Shown here: positions 52,899 through 64,000 of the stretch, piece after piece | Numbering within the stretch: position 1 is the first letter of the stretch | Layout: each line of letters starts with the position of its first letter | Assembly (NCBI GenBank): GCA_023515725.1 | Contig: JALDTO010000146.1 | Coordinates: 682,001 to 746,000, forward strand | Direction of reading: 5' to 3' | Length of the DNA: 64,000 nucleotides | Origin: Amoeboaphelidium protococcarum X5 | Taxonomy: Eukaryota; Fungi; Aphelidiomycota | The notes under the pieces: generated by a model | The model's database searches: none | The model's input: only the letters and a program-made list of their open reading frames with translations | What the model was told of the DNA's origin: nothing | Program-made: the position numbers and the translations under genes

Positions 52899-53906
52899 AT
52901 GAAATCTGGTATATCATCTGTGGGGGTTCTGTTTGACGGTTCCAATCGCCGTCGCTGGAAGAACGCGTTATACGCGCAACTACAATCAGCTGGGTTGGAG
53001 TATGTCATTGATGTCGAGTTCCAGGATACGCTGTAACGTATCCCTGATCGTCATACCCTTCGCGATAGGAAAATGGATCTCCTTGCTAAAAAGAAAGTGG
53101 AAGATTCTGATTTTGAGGCACTGGCAGACAAAACATCCTTTATGCCTTGTAGTGAACACGATCAGCAAGCTGCGCTAATTACTTTTCAAGAGGAGCAGCA
53201 TCAGGCTAACTCGATGGTTTTGGGGCTGATTAAAGGGTCCGTGATCCCTGAAGTGCTTAGTAGTATTGGAACTCAATCGTCTGCGTAGGAAGCTCTTGAG
53301 GCTGTCGAAGAGTATTTCAATCTAAAGGCTCCTAGTAACGCAAGTAACATTGATGCTAAAATCAGAAATGAGCTGTGTGATGACAAGTATCACTCTGCCA
53401 TGCAGTTTGTTGTCCAGCTGGAAGAGTGGTTTGATGACTTGACTGACTGTGGCTTCGGAGCCATGGATGAGAATCAGTTTGTTCAACTTGTGGCTTTGAA
53501 GCTGCCCTTGCCTAAGTACAATGAAGTTCGCAAGATTGTGATGAATCTAAACATCAACGTTACTAATAAATCTGAAGAGCTTGTTGAAAAGTTAAGTCTC
53601 ATTGGATTAAAGAAATCAATTCTGCACACTGACAATATGGCATTGTTAGAGTAATAGTGTAATCGTCCGTATGCATCCTCCCCGGTGTCCAGTGACAAGG
53701 CGCGTCAAGTTGAAGCTGCTGTTCAAAATGTTACAGGTGTGAAAAGACCTTTTGCCTAACGTCAAGGGGGGCGTATCATTTGCGATAATTGCGGCAAGTT
53801 TGGTCACAGCAAGAGTGATTGCTTTGCTGAAGGTGGTGGGAAGGAGAATCCAGACTCTCCGCAGTATAAGCGATTCAAAAATGCTGGCTGGATTAAGAAG
53901 AAATGA
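52899..53906 (+). CDS. gag: Copia Gag with CCHC zinc knuckle
   Basis: ATG52899, 335 codons, 'CDNCGKFGHSKSDC', ends 'WIKKK' TGA 53904-53906. Confidence 0.88.
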
Positions 53907-56900
53907 CGCCGAACTGAGTCGAGTGATATGAACTAAGAGAAGGAATTTTCACCCGATTTATCTTTTCTGGATCGCATTTCTACTGTCTTGGCTTAGAGCA
54001 GCGATGATATTGACTGGACATCATCTTGGCTATATGACCCTGGATCGACTGATTTCATCACTTGTCGATAAGATTGGCTTTTGAATGAGTCTAGCTGTTA
54101 AGTTAACAGTTTTGGACTAGTGCAAGGTCCTGGCACCAAAGTCTCTTCTATTGGCACTATAGTAGTTTCTTTAAATGATGGTGAAGGTGATTGTCGTGTT
54201 GCTCAGTTTCATGATATCTGCTACTCACCGTAATATAGGTTTAATCTGGTTCCAGGTGGTAAGCTAGCCCAGCAAGGTTTTCGATCAGTATTAGATGACA
54301 AAGGACTAGAAGTTTTCAAAGACGGAAAGAAAATTCTGTCTGGTTAACTGTTGCGTAATGGATTAGTACTGCTGAATATAACAGTGCTGTCTCCAGACGT
54401 GTGTGATCTGGATTCGCTTACGAACTCGATAATTAGTGCTGTTAACGTTCAGGGATCTCAGCCTCTCTCGTAAATGGATTTTCATGTTGTCTTGGGCCAT
54501 GTCAACTTCTCGTGTGTCCGATCTATGTTTAAAATGAACTACTTCGAGAACTGGAACATAGACGAAGACTCCATGGCCGTTAAACTGAACCAGTAGGACT
54601 GTGATGTCTGTGTACAATCAAAATTTGTTAAAGCTTCGTATTAGGCTGATGATGCCAAGTCCTTACGATCATCTCAGTCGTTGGAGCTCCTGCATGTTGA
54701 TCTAATTGGTCCAATCCAAGTTCTGTCTCTTAATAGGTAAAACTATGTCCTTGTTGTACAAGATGATTATTCTGGGTATACCTCAGTGCGTTTGTTGAAA
54801 GCTAAAAGCGACGCGTCTGTTGAGCTTCGTCGTTTGTGTGCCAAATAGTGCGATCTGCTAGAGAAGTCAGTAAAGACCATTCGGTGCGACCGTGGTAGTG
54901 AGTTTCTGAATGCTGTTATCTCGGACTGGTGTGCAGACTTAGGTATCGTGTTGGATCTGACCCCCGGCTATACTCCAGAGAGAAATGGTGTTGTAGAGCG
55001 CTGCATTCGTACTCTCGTGGAGCGCACTAGGTCTTTCCTGCTTGATAGTCAAAGTCCTAATTTTCTGTGGGGTTTTGCTATGGAATCTGCGGCGTATCTG
55101 CAGAATCGGCTGCTGACTAGTGGGCGCAATCGTGCTGGATAATTGAAGTGTACGCCCTTTGAAGTATTTTTTGGAAATAAGCCTAAGTTATCACATGTCA
55201 TCCCATGGGGAAGTATGGTTCATTACTTTGTACCGAAAGAGAAGCGTGTTGGTAAATTCAAATTCTCGTCCACGTCTGCCTTAGGTCGTTTAGTTGGATA
55301 CAGTGAGTCCGATAAAGATTTTATTGTCCTACCGCAGCATTCGCGCTCAGTAATACCTGTCAGCTACTAATCTGCTGTAGCTGCTATGTAGTCCAATATT
55401 ACTGATGCTGCTGGATTGGAAGATTATAACTTCTTGACAACTGCTATAGATGAGCAGTCAGTATCTGATGGTTCAGACTGCATGTAATTTGATGTAATGC
55501 CCAGCCAGGGTGCTGCGGGACATACCAGCTAAAGCGCTGAGAGGCATGTTGCAAGGGGTGACTAGAGTGTCACCTATATGTCAAGGGACTTATTGACCAG
55601 CTAAAGTGCTGAAAGGGATCTCAACGATAGTAATGAGATTGCCGCTACTGAATACAGCTAGAGTGGAGTAAAAGTAGTAGAGCAATAATCCACTAGTTGC
55701 AGTGATGATGAAGAGCTCATCCGCATAAGTGAACCTAAGCCATATGCTGTCGAGCCTAAAGCGGCTTCGAGTGCTGATTTAGATGACCAGACCGTTAGGC
55801 AGCTTAGCATATCTGAAAGAGATGTTGCAATCAGTGACCCTGAAGGGTTGTCTGTGACTGAGAGCATGCCTGGAGATTATGATGATTGGCCAATTCCTAC
55901 TTTCCCCAATGGTTCTATCTCTGATGTTAATCCTTCTAAGTAACACCTTGCTCATTTGATGAAAGTTAACGATAGCGCTGTTGTGCTTAGTCATCTATCA
56001 TCTTGGCTTCATGCAGTAGATGACCACCATTGGTTTGATTGGGACGAAATTGTAAGTCTGTCAACGCTACTAAGTCCAGATTCGCGTCATATTCCTCAAA
56101 CGTACAGAGAGGCTATGACTTTGCCCGATAGCGGCTTCTGGTAGGAGGCTGTAGACTCAGAGTGGGGTAGTATGCTCAAGAATGAAACACTTGAACGGTG
56201 CGTGCTTCCACCAGGTAGAAAGGCACTACCGTGTCGTTGGGTTTTTAAAATCAAGATCAAGTCTGATGGTACTATAGAGCGTTACAAGGCGCGTCTTGTC
56301 ATCAAAGGTTTTAAACAGGTTTATGGTCTAGATTTCTTTGATACATTTGCTCCGACTCCAAAGAATAGCACCGTCAGGTTAGTTCTATCGGTGGCTGCCC
56401 ACATGGATATGGAACTACATCATGCTGATGTGTCCACGGCTTTCCTCAATGGAGATCTCGAAGAGGAGATATATGTAATTGCTCCAGATGGTACTCCCCC
56501 TGCAGGCGAGGTCCTGAGACTGAGGAAGAGTGTATATGGCTTAAAGCAAGCCCCTCGTCAGTGGAATAAGAAACTGCACGAAACTCTTGTTGGACTTGGC
56601 TTTAAACGTTGTCATTCTGATAATTGCCTATATACTCGCACTCATCAAAACAGATTGTTCCTGCTACTGATTTATGTTGATGATTTAGTTCTTGCTTGTA
56701 AGTCAATTGCTCAGATTTAAGAAGTGAAGTAGTAACTGAAGAAGTCTTTTGACATTCATGATCTCTAGGAGCTTGAGTACTTGACTGGCATCCGTGTTAA
56801 CAGAGATCGCAGTAAAAGGTAGATTGTGCTGGATTAAGAAACCTACTGTAAGAAGATTCTATAGCGCTTCAAGTTTGAAGACTGTGCACCTGCTCCTACG

Positions 56901-57716
56901 CCTATGTCAAAGCGCATGTTAGTGGACAACAACAAGTTTTCTGATATCTAGCAGTATCGTGCAGTAATTGGTAGCATCATGTACTTGATGGTCGGCACAC
57001 GTCCTGATCTGACGTATGCAGTTAGTGAACTTTCCAGGTATTGTTCATCTCCTGGCCTCAGTCATTGGAGTGCGCTTAAACGGCTCCTACGCTATATTGC
57101 TGGTACTAGTGATTATTCGTTGGTTATCGATGGTTCCTCTTATGACGCTCTGATACCAAGGGTATATGTAGACTCAGATCATGCTGGTGACCTGCAAACG
57201 CGTCGTTCTGTGTGTGGTTATGATGTGAAGCTTTGTAACTGCGCTATAATTTGGAAATCAAAGCTGCAGCCTTAAACTGCCTTAAGTTCCACAGAGGCGG
57301 AATATTACGCTGCATTTTTTGCGGGTCAAGAGATAGTCTGGCTCAAAGAACTGATGAAGGAAGCTGGCATCAGGCGATTACTATCTGAGGTTTCTATTAA
57401 GAGTTCTGATCTATTCTGTTAGAATGTTCAAAAGCACCCGTTTGACTCAACGGTTGTTTTCGAAGACAATGAAGCTTGCATCAAGATTGCTAAGAATCCA
57501 GAGAAGTTCTAGCGCACGAAACACATAGAGGTTCGATATCACATACTACGCGAATGGGTTGAGAAGAACATAATTCATTTTGAACATATTGGTTCTAATC
57601 TTTAGATTGCTGATCTGCGGACAAAGCCTGTTTGTAGAACGATATTATATAGACATCTGGCGTCACTTGGCATTGTATCTAGTTAGTCTCTTTACTCTGA
57701 AAGGTCCGAGGGATGA
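53907..57716 (+). CDS. pol: Copia Pol (protease, integrase, reverse transcriptase, RNase H), same frame as gag
   Basis: PR 'WLYDPGST'; IN 'HVVLGH..CDVC', 'LHVDLIGP', 'RCDRGSEF', 'NGVVER'; RT 'YKARLV', 'DVSTAFLNG', 'YGLKQAPR', 'YVDD'; RNase H 'YVDSDHAG', 'SSTEAEY', 'EDNEAC', 'IADLRTK'. Confidence 0.95.
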
Positions 57717-57740
57717 GGAGATGCTCAGAACACGGGAGCG

Positions 57741-57901
57741 TTTTGGGTCTTATGTTCTGTCGCTAACCTTAACCGTCGTCTCGGATAAGGAGAAATTTGC
57801 TTCGCCACTTTGTTTCTTGATCTCTGATCAATAGAGCTCAGCCACACGGCACGTATACTATTTAATTGACTTTTATCTATTCTATTTTGCTTATTCTAAC
57901 A
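57741..57901 (+). repeat. 3' LTR (161 bp; begins TT instead of TG)
   Basis: Direct repeat of the 5' LTR, preceded by a short purine-rich GGGAGCG (weak polypurine tract). Confidence 0.95.
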
Positions 57902-58320
57902 GGGTACATAGATAACTACCTACCTACATTGTAGCTATATAGTTAAAATTGAAAAAACTAGGTAGGTACCTACATTGTAAATAGGTATATTATATGAGTA
58001 GGGTTTGGGCAGATCTCTGGTTCGTGGGGCTCTAAAAATGTTTTTAAATTTTTCTTTTTGGTTCATTGGATGATGTGCAGCTTGTTTCATTAGTATTTTC
58101 ATATGATATTTATCGCTATAAATGGTTCCCATTGAAACTGATCTTAAATCAAAATAATCTCTCTGAACCTGTGTCTTTCCTTTAACTGATAAGTCACCTT
58201 AATTGATTTTACGCTTGCTGAATATCACCATTGAAGTCGCACCAATTGATGAATTGTCGCGTCACTTAATTGTCACTGGCATTGCTCGGATTCTAAATCA
58301 GTAGCACTAATTGTATGATC

Positions 58321-59210
58321 ATGAATCCAAGTATAGAACGTGAGCTATACGTTCCTGCCAAGTAAAGATTCTAGACTAGATGATATTTCCGAATGCTATC
58401 CGTATGTGACGAGTTAATCAGTAATTCGGATATCAAGATATACAGTATGACGTATGGTGATGTGTCTTGATACGATGGTGTTAGAGATTGAATCATTCTT
58501 GTTAAAATGATGCAAGTTGACATGTTACTTCTCTTCTTGATAAGAAATTGCAAGAATTGTGATATTATTGAATGATAGAAAGTTGCATCTACTTTACGTC
58601 TTGGGTTCGCCTCTAATGAAACTGTTGCAGTCTTGGCGGTAGTCATTTCATAGATTATCGGGATAATGTCAGAGCTTGCATTGTTATGTCACGGAGTTAT
58701 TCGATGGAGAAGTAACTTTGGTTGCAGTTGAGTTGACCTAGCGCAGTGGACTTTTTGCAGGAAATACTTGATGTCTATGTGCATATCTTGCTGCAATACT
58801 ATCGAGCCGTAATTTATGTTTGGTCGCTATATCAATAAGAATTTCGTTTGATAGTCATTGTTGTTGCATCATACTGTGATTATCTTTGCGTCTGGGTAAA
58901 TTGGTACACGTGTTAAGTACTGCTACGGAGGCGTTCATTGGTGCTGCAGATGTTGAAGGGCTTATGCAATGAGTTTAAGCAAGATGTCATGCTAAATTGG
59001 TCAAGGTTAAGGCGATGGTGTCCAGGGTAAGCCAGGTTGAGTTTTTGGGCTTTGTTACGTTGTTGGGACAATTCGAAGATTACAGTTGCTACTACGGGGA
59101 TATGTGGGTACCCCGATGAAAAGATCGCCGGAGCTTTTTCTAAAGTGCACGAGTGATCGCTGAACCCACATGACATGTATTGGAGCGGCGATCTGCCACA
59201 ATGACTACAC
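58321..59210 (+). pseudogene. Possible degenerate DNA-transposase (hAT-like) remnant
   Basis: Stop-interrupted frame with 'QTR*YFRML' (cf. TRWxSxxxML) and 'AGAFSK' (cf. ERxFS); short direct and inverted repeats upstream. Weak. Confidence 0.25.
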
Positions 59211-59409
59211 CACTACATGACTCAAACTGTGTCGCATCTGCTGTAAATATGACACTGCATTAAATTATTTTTCAATTACCGGTTAGTTGCGATATATGAC
59301 AACGCGTACTTTTGTATAATAAATGAAAATAAGATGCATGTGTTATCTTTGTATATTTTCTTTCCAGCAGGGCCAAAATGCTCCGACTGATTCATTCACT
59401 AACAAACAA

Positions 59410-61689
59410 TCACGTCTGAGGACTCTTCACAGCGACTGACATATGCTCATAAAGAGCCTTGTACACTAGAGCATCACCTCCCAGGCGTTTAAAGCGTACA
59501 CCGTGTAGATTCAGGAGCCAAATTTTGCAAACTTCAATCTCAAACACCACCTCACCAGAGTAATGTTAGTGGCGCACAAAGAACGTGAATCTGCCACGTT
59601 TCTCATACTTCTCGTTCGCCTTAGTCAATATGCGTTCTAGTCTAATCAACAGCTCAGCAGGCTCTTTGATATTCGACACGGTAGTGATATTCATCTGGTA
59701 TCTGACAGAGCGAATATCTTCATTATACGCAGCGTCGTTGTTTGCAATACTTAGACGACGATCATTCCCACCGTGTGCCGTCGATACGGTCAGCGTTGCA
59801 CTACCTTCACCAGATCCCACACGATGAGGCTTTCCACCCTGAACCTTGTTCTGACTTGTAGTCTTTCTGGAAGGAGAGACGGCGGCAGCAGCAGTTGTCA
59901 TTGGCATACTTCCGGTAATATCTTCTTCGTTTATCAACTCCATGCTAGGAGCTTAACTACGCTCTTTTATCATTGAGATTGCCAGCAGAGGTTTCTTTAC
60001 GGTCACCTGTTATTCTCCAGATCCTTCAGTGCTTGATCTTCTTATTGGAGACTACGCATTCTATGATCCCTTCAACACGGCAGAGTCGTCACTAGCTTGA
60101 CGCTTATCTCCAGCTAATAGAACTCCTGTAGTTTGGCTTTGATCAGCTTTATTTTGCGGTATATCCTAAGACACAGAATGGCGACGCTAATTCTGCCTTC
60201 CCGACGAATTTATCTCAGCAGATCCAGAAGGAGACTGATTACTATCAATTTTGGTTTGAACCGTATTGTAAAATGGAGATCCTGGCTAGACAGATTTCGA
60301 TCTAACACGCTAAGCGGAAGACTACTAAGGACTACCTGGTTCTCCAGATTGCCTATTAGATTAGGTATTGTTACGACTTTGCTAGAACGGATTCAAACGC
60401 GATAATGCACTAGTTAATGATGATCTGCGCCCGGCATTCTGTTTAACGCCATTGACACTAGATACGGCGCTACCAGAAGAAGGGCTCTACAAAGAGGGAA
60501 TCATATCTTCCATAGTACGCGATGGAGTTAGAGCAGAATCTGGGGTAGATGGAGACTTTAAATTTTCATCACTGTCCGAAAACTTGATAGTTAGTGCACC
60601 AGGCCTGTTAAAATTATACACTGAAAATCCTTCAAGCTCTTCGATGTTGCTTACCAACTTACCAATCTCATCATCATTATTCTCAGCGTCATTAACATCT
60701 GCTGCCACAGGTATTAATGGCATAACACGGAGAGGAGGCTCGGCTTCATCCTTGTTAATCCATGGATCAGCGCGCAGCTAGTCCATAGTGGCGCGTTTGG
60801 ATGGATCTTTAACAAGCAGTTTTTGGAGTAACTTTTGCAAGTCCTCTGAGAAATGTCCTGGGCAAGCATACTTTACAGACTTGATCTGGGCGTACAATTC
60901 TGCAATGGAATCACACTTAAATGGCGGCTTACCAGCGATCATAATATACAACACAATGCCCAAAGACCAGATATCAGCAGACGGTCCAATGTACTTTATA
61001 CCACTAACCAACTCGGGACCAGCATACAGTGGTGTACCACAGAAGGTGTTCAAGTACTGATTGAAACCATCGATACTACGCCCAAGACCGAAATCACTCA
61101 GCAAAAGATCTTTCGAGTCTGACAGGAGCATATTCTCCAACTTGAGATCACGATGCACCACGCCAGCCAGGTGACAATGATCAATTGCTGACACCAGCTG
61201 TCTGAAAAATTTGCGCCCTTCCTTCTCGCTCAAATTACCTTTAGCTGCAATGTAGTCAATCAACTCACCCCCACTGGCATAATCCATGATGATATACAAT
61301 TCCCCCTCCGTGTCAATAACCTGGTGCAGCTTGATGATGTTTGGATGGTCCAAGCGCATCAACAGCTTCACCTCCTTGCTGAGCTTGTTCAACACCACAG
61401 CAGCCTTTCCATTCGCGGACAGTTTCAGCGACTTTGCCTTGATCGCCTCCTGCTGCTTTCTCTCCTCCTCATCCTTTTTAATGATTTTGATGGCAACCTA
61501 CACTAATAATAATGATATATTATAAGATATAATATTGTATGATAATATGTTAGAGATATACAGCTTTATACTAAAAATTACCTTTTAATTGGTCTGCTTG
61601 TGAGTTGCAATCTTCACCTTGGAGAAGGCGCCCTCTCCCACCGTGCGACCAATCTTGTACTCCCCCAAAAGTTTCTTTTTGGCTAACAT
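59410..61689 (-). CDS. MARK/Kin1/Par-1-family Ser/Thr kinase with C-terminal KA1 domain (intron 61498-61581)
   Basis: 'GEGAFSKV', 'VAIK', 'HRDLKLEN', 'DFG', 'CGTPLYAGPE'; KA1 'VFEIEVCKIWLLNLHGVRFKRLGGDALVYK'. Confidence 0.92.
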
Positions 61690-62346
61690 TTACACGCACT
61701 CTTATATCTTTCTGGTGGTTAATAGACTTTACTAAAAGATATAGATATATATACTATTGCAAGACTAAATGGGTGAGTTGGCAGTTGGATAATAAAGAGT
61801 AAAAATCCAAGAGTCTATTTTTAAGCTGCTGGTTTCAGCATTGTGAGGTCATTAATGATCAAGTTGCAAATGTACTAACTATAGTATTCAGGTTTACAAG
61901 ATTATAGAAGTTGCTTATATATCAAAGTATTTATTTTCTTTACTAATTACTTTCTTATAGGTGTGTATCAAATTGGTTTAGAATGCAGACATAGTTAATG
62001 CTGAATGAACATCCGATTTAGTGCGCTGAATCAACGTCAAACGCGTCGTTAACCATTAACAGTTACTGTTACTTCTAGCGACTAATACTTAGGACTTCTA
62101 CTATCAGTTTGCTTAGTATGTTTAATCTTTTGGTAATAACTGTAAGCGAAATTTAAAGTAAGAAATAACCAAGTAATCGCTATGCTCCAAAATCAGTCAG
62201 TGATCATGGTACCTTCATACAGCAAATGATCAGGGGTACACTTACTTCTTATAACGTTAGTCACCCACTTTTCTACTTATATATACATTTAAGATTGCTA
62301 TTGAAAAGGCTTAATATTCAGCAGAATTTATATCGCGTCAAATATT

Positions 62347-64000
62347 ATGACTATTGCAGAGACTGATCAAAATAATAAAGATGCTTCCATTTAAGGCGAT
62401 TTGAGCCAAGATGATTGTAATCAAGAGGACATTGTTTATGCTCAGTTCACATTTAATGCGGAAGATGACGATGAGATTACAATTAAAGCGGGCGATCCTG
62501 TGGTTGTGATATGCAGAGATGAAGGATATGATGATGGTTGGTGGTAAGGGCGTAATATTGATGGTGAAGTTGGTCTATTCCCATCCAATTTTGTAATGTC
62601 TACGCCGCCTCAATTTTCAGTTTCTGTGCGAGATAGTAATGCTAATACCGCCGCTAACGTACCTCCTAGTCCACAATCAATTTCAGCTGAGAGTCCGGAA
62701 CTACCTGTAAATTCTGCTTCAGATTCACCCATTGATAATCATTAAATTTAATCTCAAGATGATCCATCTAAATGGTCGGTAGATCAGGTTTGCCAGTGGC
62801 TGAAGCGTAAAGGATTTCATCGATTTCAGGACGCGTTCAGAGAGCAAAATATTGATGGAAGTGTGCTACTATCATCGCGTATTGATATGACCGCCCTCAA
62901 GTAATTAGGTCTCGGTACTTTGGATAAAAGATTGCGCCTATTAAATTATATCAGTCAACTAAGAAAGAATGCTGCATAATACGCGTCTTTAGATTTGAAT
63001 GGATCGTCTCCGGCCATGTCACTCAACAATTTCAAATCCTCCATGATCACAGAGTCCTCCAATGATATCCGACCACTCAGTTTTGAGTCTTTGAAATCTC
63101 TGGATAAAAGCAGTTAGAGTTCTATGGATCTGTTCAAGCGCTTGTCTAAAGAGAACTCTATGAGTGGTGATGGTTATTAGTCCTCACAGGTTGTTGCGCC
63201 GGTGAAGCCAAAGAAGAAGAAACGGAAGACTGTAAAGCTTTCGGTGGATGTCCGCGGCGATGTTTAAACTTTGGCTGATGTGTTGCGTCTTCCAAGATAG
63301 AGCGATTATATTGCAACACTTGGAACTCCGAAGCTTTCCGGCAATGAGGCGCCATCTCCGCTTGCTTGCCTATCCGCCTCTGTTGACTTTTGTGGATATT
63401 TATGGAAGCGAGGTGGTCGGAATCATTGGTCGTGGAAGAGACGATACTTTGTGATTAAAGATATGATTTTATGGTACTTTAAATGCGATAATGGAGATTC
63501 AAAGGCGCTCGGTCTGATCCCACTTCCTTCTTATGTCATTGTTCCGTCTAAAGACAATGATATCACAAGACGGAATTATACATTTGAGGCAAGACATCCA
63601 GATGCGAGAACATACTATTTCAAGGCTAACAGTTTGGTGGAGATGTAATCCTGGATGAACGCGTTAACTTAATCAGCGCTTGGTATTGAATTGAACTCTT
63701 AGCAATAAATAGTATAAAATCCAATTGTTAATCATTAAGATGATAGTAAAAGCTAATATTCTGACATCAAGCATAATACATCCTTGTTGGGCAATAATTA
63801 GATTGAGTAAGATATGGTGAATGAGAATGTTCCGACTGATTAAGAATTGGTTCGAGATTAATCAAGTGACCAAGACCATAAGTAGAATATTCTGAACAAA
63901 ATAAAGCGGATGGGGATTAATCCGTTGGAGCGACTGCCGCTCAAGTTGGATCAGCTATTACAAGAGAAAGCTGGTGAGCAGACCAATGTTGAAAAACCTG
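62347..64000 (+). CDS. Boi1/Boi2/Pob1-like SH3-SAM-PH polarity protein (runs off window)
   Basis: SH3 'AEDDDEITIKAGD...DGWWQG...GLFPSNFV', SAM 'WSVDQVCQWL...FREQNIDG', PH 'GYLWKRGG...WKRRYFVIK'. Confidence 0.85.

Larger units (their letters stand above)
52725..57901 (+). mobile_element. Full-length Ty1/copia LTR retrotransposon with 5-bp target-site duplication GGGTA (52720-52724 and 57902-57906)
   Basis: Paired ~160-bp LTRs, TG...CA element ends, domain order gag-PR-IN-RT-RNaseH. Confidence 0.97.

Noticed and set aside
52907-52920. TGGTATATCATC as a tRNA-Met PBS
   Set aside because: It lies about 22 nt from the LTR, inside gag codons, and matches only TGGTAT of the canonical TGGTATCAGAGC.

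Overview
Gene-dense eukaryotic nuclear DNA from an early-diverging holomycotan. About 34 protein-coding genes become continuous only when TAA/TAG are read as Gln and TGA as stop (translation-table-6 type), which explains the fragmented standard-code ORF track. With fungal-type genes (DCD1, ATP19, RMT2, ATG22, BOI) and short GT-AG introns, this fits the aphelid Amoeboaphelidium protococcarum, known to use this code; the identification is inference. Most genes are housekeeping. The most notable element is a full-length Ty1/copia retrotransposon (52725-57901, GGGTA target-site duplication) with no recognisable tRNA primer-binding site. Instead, the 11 nt abutting its 5' LTR are the exact reverse complement of an 11-mer inside the LTR (Tf1-like self-priming geometry), and gag and pol are in one frame separated by a single TGA. 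Other highlights: a PTEN/C2-FH1-FH2 formin that seems to end at TAA, TAA enriched just before terminal TGAs, and a secreted Gly-rich orphan. All translations and coordinates were worked out by eye; no database searches were run.
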